The notes below the pieces were generated by a model. It did not search any database and was not told the origin of the DNA. It was given only the letters and a program-made list of their open reading frames with translations. The position numbers and the translations under genes were made by a program. 64,000 bases of DNA from Clostridia bacterium (GTDB lineage: Bacteria > Bacillota > Peptococcia > DRI-13 > SM3-B62), in NCBI GenBank assembly GCA_018432615.1, contig JAHDSQ010000017.1, positions 37,413 through 101,412 of the forward strand, given 5' to 3'. Below, one piece after another: positions 48,056 through 57,440 of the stretch. The stretch's first letter is position 1. Each line of letters opens with the position of its first letter.

Positions 48056-48871
48056 ATGAACACGGTCCTAAAATATCCCGGTAGTAAATGGAGTTTAGCG
48101 GAATGGATTATCTCAAACTTTCCGTCCGGATACGAGAATATGACTTACCTGGAACCCTTTTTTGGCAGCGGGGCCGTCTTTTTCAATAAGAATCGAAGCG
48201 TGATCGAGACAATAAACGACCTTGACGGAAATGTAATCAATCTTTTCAAGCAGATACGAGACAATCCGGAAGTATTGGCTAAGGTGGTTAAATATACGCC
48301 TTGGTCCCGCGAGGAATACGCTCTGAGTTATCACAAGACAGGGGAAGAACTAGAGGACGCCCGCCGTTTTTTGGTCCGTATGTGGCAAGCTATAGGCGCT
48401 AAAAGTAGCGATAGAACCGGTTGGAGAAGTAATATACAGGCGCTCAACGGTAATGTGCCACAATGGGCAACAAAATTGCCAGAAAACATTATTGCTATAG
48501 CAGACCGGCTGAGGCACTCGAATAATCGGCTTGTGCAGATTGAGAACCGCCCGGCTGTAGATTGCATAAAAAGATATGCCAGAGAAAATGTATTTATCTA
48601 CGCGGATCCTCCGTATGTTCTGAGTACAAGAAGCAAAAGGATATATGCTTGCGAAATGAAAGACGCTGACCATGTAGAACTATTACAATTGCTTATTAAG
48701 CATCCGGGGCCAGTGATGATTTCCGGGTACGCGAATGACATATACACATCCATCCTGTCCGGATGGAAAACACTTACCAAGTCGGCGCATTGCGAGGGTG
48801 GATTGACAAGAGAAGAGATCTTATGGATGAACTACGAGCCACCAGCGGAACAATTAAGCATTACGTTTTAG
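48056..48871 (+). CDS. DNA adenine methyltransferase (Dam/D12 class)
   Basis: KYPGSKW, YLEPFFGSGAV, ETIND, YADPPY. Confidence 0.9.
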   Translation: MNTVLKYPGSKWSLAEWIISNFPSGYENMTYLEPFFGSGAVFFNKNRSVIETINDLDGNVINLFKQIRDNPEVLAKVVKYTPWSREEYALSYHKTGEELEDARRFLVRMWQAIGAKSSDRTGWRSNIQALNGNVPQWATKLPENIIAIADRLRHSNNRLVQIENRPAVDCIKRYARENVFIYADPPYVLSTRSKRIYACEMKDADHVELLQLLIKHPGPVMISGYANDIYTSILSGWKTLTKSAHCEGGLTREEILWMNYEPPAEQLSITF

Positions 48872-48906
48872 TGAACAACACAACAAAATTGCGAAGGAGT
48901 GAGAAT

Positions 48907-49128
48907 ATGGCTAAATGTAGAAAATGCCTACACGGCGCAAGGATAAGCATAACAGGTACTAATAAAAAGACCCTTAAAATGGACATGGGTGGTGCTGTAC
49001 TATATCTTATGCCTAAAAGCAATGGGAAAATGGAAGTAGCGCTAAATAGTGAAAACCTAAGTGAGGGCGATTATGCCTCTGCAACATGGGACGGGGAGCA
49101 ATGGTATTACGCTACCGGAAAGGAGTGA
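48907..49128 (+). CDS. Hypothetical phage protein
   Basis: AAGGAG RBS; N-terminal CRKC. Confidence 0.6.
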   Translation: MAKCRKCLHGARISITGTNKKTLKMDMGGAVLYLMPKSNGKMEVALNSENLSEGDYASATWDGEQWYYATGKE

Positions 49129-49136
49129 AACATCTT

Positions 49137-49523
49137 ATGACCAAAGAGCAGCTGCGCCAATATAGGTACCTAAAAAAAGAAATTATATTGCTGCAGGAAG
49201 AAATCCAGCAGCTAAGGACAAGCCTTCAGGCGGTTCCTCAACTGGATGGTATGCCGCATAGCAACTTTGCTGCAGATCGGACGGCGGGAGTAGTAGCCAA
49301 GATTGTTGACCTCGAAGCGCAGCTGCACAAAACACTTCGTGACATGATTGATCTGCGCGGAGAAATTGAGGAATGTATTGAGGGGCTGCCAGCTGATCAG
49401 CGGTTGTTGATGAGGCTGAGGTATATCGAGGGGCTGAGGTGGGCAGCCGTTGCGGTGGAGATGAATTATAGCTATAAACAGGTATGTAGGATTCACGGGA
49501 AAGTATTGCAAGTAATTAAATAA
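49137..49523 (+). CDS. Late transcriptional activator (DUF1492/ArpU/RinA-like)
   Basis: MT.EQL.QY, GMP, LRYIEG..W..VA.EM.YS...V.RIH; last gene before the packaging module. Confidence 0.8.
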   Translation: MTKEQLRQYRYLKKEIILLQEEIQQLRTSLQAVPQLDGMPHSNFAADRTAGVVAKIVDLEAQLHKTLRDMIDLRGEIEECIEGLPADQRLLMRLRYIEGLRWAAVAVEMNYSYKQVCRIHGKVLQVIK

Positions 49524-49525
49524 AG

Positions 49526-49560
49526 ATGTCCCAAAATGTCCTAAACATCTGTGGTATTAT
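49526..49560 (+). promoter_or_regulatory. Putative late promoter
   Basis: ATGTCC direct repeats at 49526 and 49536, then extended -10 TGGTATTAT. Confidence 0.6.
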
Positions 49561-49670
49561 GGTAGTGTAGAATTAAGCACTTGCAGATGCAGGTGCATTT
49601 TGTTTTGCAAGGCAGCCGCAAGGCGGGGAATGTACACTTTGATATAGCGGGGCGGGGGCTGAGAAGTGTA

Positions 49671-50033
49671 GTGGGGTTAAACATATACAACCAAGAAGAA
49701 GTTGGGAAATGGATACAATCTCTTATTGACGAGGATAGGATTCATGACTTTTATGTATCTAGCTATTGGCTCAATCTGCGAGCTGAAATTCTGGAAGAAG
49801 ATAAGAACGAATGCCAGCACTGCAAGAAAAGAGGATTATACAAGAAGGCTGATACAGTACACCATGTTAAGCACCTAAGGGATTATCCTATATTGGCACT
49901 AAGTAAGACATATATATTCCAGGGCAAGGAACGCAGGCAATTAGTATCGTTATGCCGGCAGTGCCACGAGGCAGAGCATCCAGACAGGATACAAAAAGAA
50001 AAGACCGAACCGTTGACGGAAGAAAGGTGGTAG
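49671..50033 (+). CDS. HNH endonuclease (terminase-associated)
   Basis: FY.S..W...R, CQHC, VHHV, L.SLCRQCHE.EH; start uncertain. Confidence 0.85.
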   Translation: MGLNIYNQEEVGKWIQSLIDEDRIHDFYVSSYWLNLRAEILEEDKNECQHCKKRGLYKKADTVHHVKHLRDYPILALSKTYIFQGKERRQLVSLCRQCHEAEHPDRIQKEKTEPLTEERW

Positions 50034-50034
50034 C

Positions 50035-50322
50035 ATGAGCTGCAGGTACAAGAATAAATGTCCCTCTTACACAGGCTGGTGTGAGGATCCAAAGCAAGAC
50101 TTCTCAAAGTGCGTACCATTTCTGATTACTGCTTACGAGAATAAGTGCATCGAGAAAGCAGAAGGTTGTACACCGCTGACTATATACATACCTGATATCT
50201 TTATTGAGACAGGGAATATAGAGCAGCTGAAAGAGTTTCTTTATGGCGTGATAGCAGACGCCATTTATAATAGGCAGGTAGAGTTGGGAATAGACCCCCG
50301 GTCAGAAAAAATAGCGTTTTAA
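50035..50322 (+). CDS. Hypothetical Cys-rich protein
   Basis: ORF between HNH and terS; AAGGTGG RBS. Confidence 0.5.
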   Translation: MSCRYKNKCPSYTGWCEDPKQDFSKCVPFLITAYENKCIEKAEGCTPLTIYIPDIFIETGNIEQLKEFLYGVIADAIYNRQVELGIDPRSEKIAF

Positions 50323-50346
50323 TCTAGGGGGGCTTGACCGAGGGGG
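50295..50346. other. Probable cos/packaging region
   Basis: CCCCCGGTCA ... TGACCG(A)GGGGG inverted repeat between HNH and terS. Confidence 0.5.
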
Positions 50347-50398
50347 ATATAAGACAGAAGAAACGCACCAAAAATCTCGCGTGACAGGGGGTGGTAAT

Positions 50399-50716
50399 GT
50401 GGCAAGGAAGAACGAAATAAAAAAAGACCTACTCGATCAGCTCGACAGAAATGGGGTGTACGGTAAGCATTACCGAGACCTCATCAATGACTATATGTCT
50501 CTTTGGGATATAAAAAACAAGCTCATCAAGGATATCAAGACCCGGGGAGTCTCTGTTCACTGGTGTAACGGAGGCGGCCAAGAGGGGTACAAGAAAAACG
50601 ACTCCATCGCCGAGCTGAACAAGACCAATGCTCAGATGCTCAAGATACTCAATGAACTTGGGCTAAAGGCTAAGAGTGAGGAACATGGCGGTGAAGGGGA
50701 TGACGAAGAAATGTAA
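50399..50716 (+). CDS. Terminase small subunit (P27-like)
   Basis: DL..DYM.LW.IK..L..DI..RGV...NGGGQ...K.N.S...L.K.N.QMLKIL..LGL. Confidence 0.85.
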   Translation: MARKNEIKKDLLDQLDRNGVYGKHYRDLINDYMSLWDIKNKLIKDIKTRGVSVHWCNGGGQEGYKKNDSIAELNKTNAQMLKILNELGLKAKSEEHGGEGDDEEM

Positions 50717-52367
50717 GTATCATCCATATATTGATTCTTACATGGACGGTGTCCGGGACGGATCCATAATTGTTGGTGAAGATATTAAGCTGGCAATGAA
50801 CTACGTTGAGTATAAACTCAGCAACCCGGATGTATATATCGACCATGAGAAGATAGATAAAGCTATTGAGTTAATGGAGAGATACTTTGAAATCAAGCTC
50901 TTTGATTGGGAGTTTTTTGTAATAGCTTGTATCCATTGCTATTACAAGTCAGACGATACTGTTGTGTTCAGCACTATATTTATCATGGAGGGCCGGGGAA
51001 ACGGGAAAAACGGGTTTATTTCTCCCCTGGCCTGGTACTTATCAACTCAATACCATGGTATAAAAGGCTATAACATTGACATAGTGGCTAATGCGGAGGA
51101 CCAAGCTAAGACATCATTCACTGATATTTATGATATGCTCGAACGGACCTGGGCTAAGTCAAAGAAATTCTTCTACAAGACCAAGGAAATTATAGTCAAT
51201 CTCAGGACTAACTCGTATATCAAGTTTAATACCTCGAACGCAAAAACGAAGGATAGCAAGAGAACCGGTTGCCTCATCTTCGATGAAGTTCACGGTTATG
51301 AAAATTATAAACAGATTAAAGTTTTTACCTCAAGCTTTGGCAAACGACCGCACGCCAGGGCTTTTTATATTACAACTAATGGGGAAGTACGTGAGGGTGT
51401 ACTCGATGATATGTTGGCCATTGCCGGTGATATTTTGAATGGTACGATAAAAGACCTCCGCTGGCTGCCATTGATATACCGGATTGATGATGAGAAGGAA
51501 GCCCTGGATCCACAGATGTGGCATAAAGCCAATCCCTCTCTAAAATATCTGGATACACTCAAGCTAGAGATGGAGCAGCATTTCATTGAAATGAAATACC
51601 AACCGGCCATGGAAGAAGAATTTTACACCAAACGGCTGAACTGGCCGAAGCAAAACAAAGAAATCATCGTTACAGAGTGGAAAAATATAGCGGCCACGAA
51701 TAAGCCTATGCCAGAACTAAGAGGCAGGAGCGCAACAGTCGGCATTGACTATGCGAAGATAACAGACTTTGCCTCTGTGAATATCCACTTCCGGGAGGGG
51801 GACCTGCGTTATGACATAAACCACTCATGGCTGTGCTTAAAATCTGCAGATATCCCCCGGTTGAAAGTACCCTGGCAACAATGGGCAGACCAGGGGTATT
51901 TGACATTGGTGGATGATGTGGAAATTAATCCTGACTTACTGACTGACTACATAGCAGAACAGGCCCAGCATTACAACTTAGTCAAGCTGGCCTTAGATAA
52001 CTTCCGGTATGCGTTAGTGTCTAAATCGCTTAAGCGTATCGGGTTTGACGCTAACGAGAGAAAAAATATTAAATTGGTGCGGCCTTCTGACATCATGAAG
52101 GTGGTACCGGTAATAGAGAGCTGCTTTGTCAATCAATATTTCATATGGGGGGACAACCCTCCGCTCCGGTGGGCGGTCAATAATACCAAGCTAATTAAAT
52201 CAGGGTACAAGACCGGCAACGATACCGGGAACTATGTATATGGAAAAATCGAGGGTAAGAGCAGAAAGACAGATCCGTTTATAGGTTTGGTAGCAGCAAT
52301 GACGATAGAGGATGAGTTAGAGACAGGCGGTAACACATATGACGATATCCCGGTGATCGTCAGCTAA
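50700..52367 (+). CDS. terL: Terminase large subunit
   Basis: GRGNGKNG Walker A, IFDEVH Walker B, ITTNG, KANP, GIDYA, RKTDP. Confidence 0.92.
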   Translation: MTKKCKYHPYIDSYMDGVRDGSIIVGEDIKLAMNYVEYKLSNPDVYIDHEKIDKAIELMERYFEIKLFDWEFFVIACIHCYYKSDDTVVFSTIFIMEGRGNGKNGFISPLAWYLSTQYHGIKGYNIDIVANAEDQAKTSFTDIYDMLERTWAKSKKFFYKTKEIIVNLRTNSYIKFNTSNAKTKDSKRTGCLIFDEVHGYENYKQIKVFTSSFGKRPHARAFYITTNGEVREGVLDDMLAIAGDILNGTIKDLRWLPLIYRIDDEKEALDPQMWHKANPSLKYLDTLKLEMEQHFIEMKYQPAMEEEFYTKRLNWPKQNKEIIVTEWKNIAATNKPMPELRGRSATVGIDYAKITDFASVNIHFREGDLRYDINHSWLCLKSADIPRLKVPWQQWADQGYLTLVDDVEINPDLLTDYIAEQAQHYNLVKLALDNFRYALVSKSLKRIGFDANERKNIKLVRPSDIMKVVPVIESCFVNQYFIWGDNPPLRWAVNNTKLIKSGYKTGNDTGNYVYGKIEGKSRKTDPFIGLVAAMTIEDELETGGNTYDDIPVIVS

Positions 52368-52383
52368 GGAGGTGATCTACTAA

Positions 52384-53559
52384 GTGGGATTAATAAGTTG
52401 GTTAATAGATAAATTTGGCGGCGAAACAGTTCCGCTATCTGGCACGGCCGAACTATTTGCAGATGATGAATACGCTGCTCTAATAGCAGACATTTACATC
52501 CGGGAAATGGCGTTCTGGTCTGCAACTAATCTTGTCGCTAACGCAGTAAGCAAATGCGAGTTTAAGACGTTTTTTAATGGCAAGGAAACAAAGGGCCGGG
52601 AATATTATCTTTGGAACTTAGAGCCAAACAAAAACCAAAATTCAAGCGGATTTATCCATAAGTGGATATCGCAACTCTACCGATATAACGAATGTCTCAT
52701 CATAGACCAAAATAAGCAGCTGGTAGTTGCCGACAGCTTCAACCGCAAGCCGTATGCCTTATTAGAGGATAGATTCACCCAAGTAACCGTGGGTGATTTT
52801 ACTTTTCAGCGATCATTTGATCAGTCAGAGGTATTGTACTTTAAACTGTCCGAATGCGATATGCGAAAAGTAACTGCTGGGCTATATGAGAGTTACTCTA
52901 AGCTAATATCCTACAGTATGAATGCCTATCAGCGGAGCAGAGGAACAAAGGGAATTTTCAAGTATGATACCTTACCGGTTACCGGGACAGCTGAAAGGGC
53001 GGCCTTTGATTCGCTGATAAATGAAAAAATCAGTAAGTGGCTTACAGGAGACAACGCCGCCTTACCATTAGGCCGGGGGCAAGAGTGGAAGGAGCTACAA
53101 CATAAAACTTACTCATCCGAGAGCACCAGGGATATCCGAGCACAGATTGACGATGTAAGTGATTTTACAGCCAAGGCGTTCGGCATTCCACCGGCATTAC
53201 TGCGCGGGGATGTGCAGGACACATCGAAGGCCATTGACCAGCTGCTTACATTTTGTGTTGACCCGCTTATCGACATGCTGCAGGAGGAAATTAACCGTAA
53301 ACGTAATGGTTATGCTGGCTACTCCACAGGAACTTATATCCAGATTGATACCAAGCAAATCAAGCACGTTGACCTCTTGAGTGTATCAACAGCCATAGAC
53401 AAACTAATAGGCTCAGGCGCGTTCTGCGTTAACGACATCCGTTTATTGGTAGGCGAACAGCCGATTGATGAGCCTTGGGCATGGTCCCATTTCATAACCA
53501 AAAATTATATGCCGTTTGAAGAAGCTTTGCGGGCCTTGGAGGGAGGTGAGAAGGATTGA
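52384..53559 (+). CDS. Portal protein (HK97-type)
   Basis: N.EPN.NQ, AFGIPP.LL.G, NDIR...G..P; follows terL. Confidence 0.9.
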   Translation: MGLISWLIDKFGGETVPLSGTAELFADDEYAALIADIYIREMAFWSATNLVANAVSKCEFKTFFNGKETKGREYYLWNLEPNKNQNSSGFIHKWISQLYRYNECLIIDQNKQLVVADSFNRKPYALLEDRFTQVTVGDFTFQRSFDQSEVLYFKLSECDMRKVTAGLYESYSKLISYSMNAYQRSRGTKGIFKYDTLPVTGTAERAAFDSLINEKISKWLTGDNAALPLGRGQEWKELQHKTYSSESTRDIRAQIDDVSDFTAKAFGIPPALLRGDVQDTSKAIDQLLTFCVDPLIDMLQEEINRKRNGYAGYSTGTYIQIDTKQIKHVDLLSVSTAIDKLIGSGAFCVNDIRLLVGEQPIDEPWAWSHFITKNYMPFEEALRALEGGEKD

Positions 53560-54401
53560 GAAAATATTATTCTTTAATGGTGAATAGCAACAAAGAAGCT
53601 GATGTGTATATTTTTGGTGATATCGTTGAACCAACAACGCAGGAGTTATTTGGAATGCCGGCTGATGTATCTGGTTTTTCTTTGGTGCAAGAAATAAAAG
53701 ACCTTGAGGTTAATGTTATAAACGTACACATTAACAGCTATGGTGGCCATGTTTCTGAGGGGTTTGCAATTTATAACGAGTTAAAAAGTCATAAAGCTTC
53801 TATCAGGACTATATGCGAAGGCTTCGCATGTTCGGCAGCGAGCGTAGTTTTTATGGCTGGCGATGAGAGAATCATGAAAGACCCTTCTGCGCTTTTTATT
53901 CATGAAGTACAAAGCGGTATTTATGGGAGCGCAGATGCGAAAAGAAAAGCCGCAGACGAAGATGAGAAACTAACTAAAATATCGATGCAGGCATATTTAT
54001 CGCAAGTTAAAATTCCACAGGAAAAACTTGCGGAAATGATGAAGGTGGAAACATGGATTTCACCTCAAGAAGCGATAGAAATGGGGTTTGCGACGTCCAT
54101 CGCAACAGACGCCGTTAGTAGCAGAGCTGCCGCAAGCGCTAAAAAAGCGCTTTTTACAATGCTTAAAAAAGGCATGAGTTCTATACAATCCGCAGAAGTG
54201 GCTGACGAAATTGTTGAAAAACTCTATGAGCGGTTAATTGCTGAACTTAAAACACAGGAAGGTCTCATAGTTAATGGAGCAGGAAACCAAGAACCGACTA
54301 CGGAACCAACCCACGAGTCAGAACCAATTTCCGAGTCAGAACCGGATCCCGAACCACAACAGAATAAACCGCAAAACCTGATAGCGGCATTGTTCCGCTA
54401 A
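53556..54401 (+). CDS. ClpP-like prohead protease
   Basis: VHINSYGG, G.ACSAAS, FIHE, ETW.S..EA...GFA. Confidence 0.9.
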   Translation: MRKYYSLMVNSNKEADVYIFGDIVEPTTQELFGMPADVSGFSLVQEIKDLEVNVINVHINSYGGHVSEGFAIYNELKSHKASIRTICEGFACSAASVVFMAGDERIMKDPSALFIHEVQSGIYGSADAKRKAADEDEKLTKISMQAYLSQVKIPQEKLAEMMKVETWISPQEAIEMGFATSIATDAVSSRAAASAKKALFTMLKKGMSSIQSAEVADEIVEKLYERLIAELKTQEGLIVNGAGNQEPTTEPTHESEPISESEPDPEPQQNKPQNLIAALFR

Positions 54402-54425
54402 TTTTAATTTAAGGAGTGAAAAACA

Positions 54426-55982
54426 TTGAAAAAGAATGAGTTTAAAATGGATCTTCAACTTTTTGCCATGAAAAATCTTGACACGATTCAACAGCAAAAA
54501 GCTGAAATTATCCAGCGTATCAACCAGGCCGTAAAGGACGGCAACGAGGAAGCCTTCGCAACGGCTTTTACTGAGTTCACTGACATGTTGCAAGAGGCAG
54601 TTTTAGCCGAAGCAAAGGGCCTTGTGCAAGCTGCGGATAATACCGTGTTGGCAGGCCGTGGTGTACGTGCCTTGACTTCTCAGGAAACGAAATACTATGA
54701 ATCGGTCATTGAGGCTATGAGGTCAAAGAATCCTCAACAAGCACTGACAATGATTGACGAGGCACTACCAACCACCGTTATAGATGCCGTGCTTGAGGAT
54801 ATCACCGAGGCGCATCCGCTTTTATCGGAGATAAACTTCCAGAACACCGGCATCCTGACAGAGATAATTGTTTCTAGTCTCGATGGCAGATTCACAGCTG
54901 TATGGGGCAAGCTCTGTGATGAGATAGTAACCGAACTGACATCCGGGCTACAGGTCATCGACCTTGAGCAGAACAAGCTGTCTGCGTTCATCCCAGTCTG
55001 TAAGGCTATGCTGGAAATCGGTCCTGCTTGGATAGACCGTTATGTCCGCGGCATACTCGTGGAAGCTATCGCCAACGGCTTAGAAGCGGCTGTCATTGAT
55101 GGTACCGGCGTTGATGAGCCTGTCGGCATGACTAAAGACCCGAATGGAATGTTTGACCCTGTGAATGGGTTCGCCGACCTCGTGCCTGTCGCTCTGGACG
55201 CAATTACCCCGGAAACTTATGGAGCGTTAATCGCAGACTTGGCAGTTGGTCCTAACCTCCTGTATCGTAACGTCACCGAAGTGCTGTTCATCTGCAATCC
55301 TGTTGACTACTACACCAAAGTAATGCCTGCTGTGATGTATCAAAACGCTGAGAAGGTGTGGGTAAGCAGATTTCCGTTCCCAACAAAAGTTATCCAGTCT
55401 GTTCATGTATCGCAGAACGAGGCTATTCTTGGCATAGGGAAGCGTTACTTCTTCGGGCTTGGCACCGGCAAGGGTGGCAAAATCGAATACTCTGATCACT
55501 ACCATTTCCTCGAGGACGAAAGAGTCTATCTAACTAAACTCTATGGCGATGGCAAACCGCTTGACAGCACATCGTTTAAGGTGCTGGATATCACTAACCT
55601 CGTTCCCGTTGTGCCTGATGTCAACGTAATCAACAATCCGCTGAATGTTGATGGCACGGTTGAAGTGACCAACGACCCGTTGAATGTATGGGGTATTGCA
55701 GACGCTAGGCTTGCAAGCCTGACAATCGGCAGTTTGACCCTATCTCCTGCATTTAATAAGTCGGTGTTCGTCTACGAAGCGGCTACCACTGACGCAACAA
55801 ACAAAATCACAGCAGTTGCCATGAATGGCGAAGCTGAAATTGATATTGACCTGAACGATGGTACTGCTGTTGCCAATGGTGCTTCGGCAACATGGGGCGA
55901 AGGTGAAAACACAGTTGAAATCACCGTAACAATCGGAGAAGCAACTGAGACTTACACAGTTATCGTGACTAAGTCTACTTAG
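54426..55982 (+). CDS. Major capsid protein (HK97 fold) with C-terminal cadherin-like beta-sandwich
   Basis: Position; P.TVID...ED....HPLL, GTG...P.G, YGDG.P.D; C-terminal L.SLTIG...L.PAF....Y...G.NT..ITVT...TYTV.VT. Confidence 0.9.
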   Translation: MKKNEFKMDLQLFAMKNLDTIQQQKAEIIQRINQAVKDGNEEAFATAFTEFTDMLQEAVLAEAKGLVQAADNTVLAGRGVRALTSQETKYYESVIEAMRSKNPQQALTMIDEALPTTVIDAVLEDITEAHPLLSEINFQNTGILTEIIVSSLDGRFTAVWGKLCDEIVTELTSGLQVIDLEQNKLSAFIPVCKAMLEIGPAWIDRYVRGILVEAIANGLEAAVIDGTGVDEPVGMTKDPNGMFDPVNGFADLVPVALDAITPETYGALIADLAVGPNLLYRNVTEVLFICNPVDYYTKVMPAVMYQNAEKVWVSRFPFPTKVIQSVHVSQNEAILGIGKRYFFGLGTGKGGKIEYSDHYHFLEDERVYLTKLYGDGKPLDSTSFKVLDITNLVPVVPDVNVINNPLNVDGTVEVTNDPLNVWGIADARLASLTIGSLTLSPAFNKSVFVYEAATTDATNKITAVAMNGEAEIDIDLNDGTAVANGASATWGEGENTVEITVTIGEATETYTVIVTKST

Positions 55983-55994
55983 GAGGCGTGAAGG

Positions 55995-56309
55995 ATGGCT
56001 GAACCTACAGCGGATGAACTGCTTCTGGCAGCCGTCCGTAATTACTTAGACATTACTTGGGAAGATGATGCCGGGGATACAAAGCTCTCCGGCATCATCA
56101 ACCGAGGCAAAAAGTATATCAATCAAGTTGCAGGAGCGGAGTTGGACTACTCAGCAGAGGACAAGCCAAGGGAATTGCTATTCGACTATTGCCGATATGC
56201 CCGCTCTAACGCCCTGGACGAGTTCCAAGGCAACTACCTCCATGAATTGTTAAGCCTCCAAATTGCCAAGGAGGTGGAAGCCTATGCCGCAGAAGACACA
56301 GACGTTTAA
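55995..56309 (+). CDS. Head-tail connector (gp6-like)
   Basis: V.NYL.ITW.D...D..L; position after the capsid gene. Confidence 0.8.
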   Translation: MAEPTADELLLAAVRNYLDITWEDDAGDTKLSGIINRGKKYINQVAGAELDYSAEDKPRELLFDYCRYARSNALDEFQGNYLHELLSLQIAKEVEAYAAEDTDV

Positions 56310-56697
56310 TGACGGTATAGTGAATATCTACTCAGTTGGCAATATCGCAGAACCGGGGAATATGCCACAAGAAGGGCTGACATTAAAACGGACGCTCCGC
56401 TATCATGAGCGGACAGTCGGACTGACACGCTTTTATACAGCTTTGCAGGCAAATGTTGAAGTAAAATACGTCCTGCGTTGCCCCCGATTACGGGATGTAT
56501 CGGCGCAGGACGTGGCAATCCCCAATGACGGAAAACAATACAAAATATCGCTGATACAGTATCCGGAGGACACTGACCCGCCTGTAATGGATATCACACT
56601 CGAAGAACTAATAGCCGTTTATGACATCTATCAACCGGAAGTCGTAGAGGAACCGGTTGAACCAGAGCCGGAAGAAGGTGATCCGGATGAGCCTTAA
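56284..56697 (+). CDS. Head closure protein
   Basis: Position; TFNDG.V.IY, Y.I..IQ; AAGGAGG RBS. Confidence 0.7.
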   Translation: MPQKTQTFNDGIVNIYSVGNIAEPGNMPQEGLTLKRTLRYHERTVGLTRFYTALQANVEVKYVLRCPRLRDVSAQDVAIPNDGKQYKISLIQYPEDTDPPVMDITLEELIAVYDIYQPEVVEEPVEPEPEEGDPDEP

Positions 56698-56998
56698 TGA
56701 ACTCAAAAATGCGCTTTTAACCGTGGGGGTACCGGTATCACACTACTACGCTGTACAACAACCGAACAAATATATAGTCTGGGCCGAGTATGGCGCGAAC
56801 GATATCAATGCAGACAATGCCCTGATTGAGCGTGCTTGGCGGGTACAAGTTGATTATTTTACCAAGACAGAATTTGACTCCAACGCCGATAAAATCACCG
56901 AACTTCTGAATTGCAATGAAATAGCTTTTGAGTACCAAGTTGACTACGAGGAAGATACCGGCTATATACACCATATATGGGATTGCGAGGTGGCGTGA
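56687..56998 (+). CDS. Tail completion/terminator-like protein
   Basis: YIVW.E, VQVDYFTK, YEEDTGY.H. Confidence 0.7.
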   Translation: MSLNELKNALLTVGVPVSHYYAVQQPNKYIVWAEYGANDINADNALIERAWRVQVDYFTKTEFDSNADKITELLNCNEIAFEYQVDYEEDTGYIHHIWDCEVA

Positions 56999-57415
56999 AT
57001 GGCCCGTTTTGACACGTCTGGAATAAATAAACTCATTGATGATGTGATTAAATTAGGAGACGTTGGGCAAGAAATTGGTGATGATATGCTTATGGCTGCC
57101 GCGGAGGAAGTAAAACAAGCATGGCAGAAAAGCGCATGGCGTAATAAGCACATAGCAACCAGCGACATGGTTAATAGTATTGGATTTCCTAATAAACCAA
57201 AAACCGTCAGTGGCATAAGGACAGTGGATATTTATCCACAAGGTAAGGATAAAAAAGGGGTAAGAAATGCTGAAAAAGCGTTCATTTTACATTACGGATC
57301 ATCAAGAATTAAAGGAACTCATTGGGTTGATGAGGCAGACGAAAATGCAGGACCAAAAGTACAGGAAGCCATGGAGAATGTTTTTGATGATTATCTACTC
57401 TCATTAGAGGTATAA
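56999..57415 (+). CDS. HK97 gp10-like neck protein
   Basis: RNAEKAFIL.YGSS motif; position. Confidence 0.72.
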   Translation: MARFDTSGINKLIDDVIKLGDVGQEIGDDMLMAAAEEVKQAWQKSAWRNKHIATSDMVNSIGFPNKPKTVSGIRTVDIYPQGKDKKGVRNAEKAFILHYGSSRIKGTHWVDEADENAGPKVQEAMENVFDDYLLSLEV

Positions 57416-57440
57416 ACACATAGAAAGGAATGATTGATAA

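Larger units (their letters stand above)
45954..48895 (+). repeat. Dispersed about 24-bp boundary repeats (A-rich core ending in TGCGAA-like arm)
   Basis: Copies at 45954, 46706, 47985, 48013 and 48872, and a degenerate one near 47517; 15-mer TATGTAAAAAATGCG is identical at 45961 and 48020. Confidence 0.6.
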
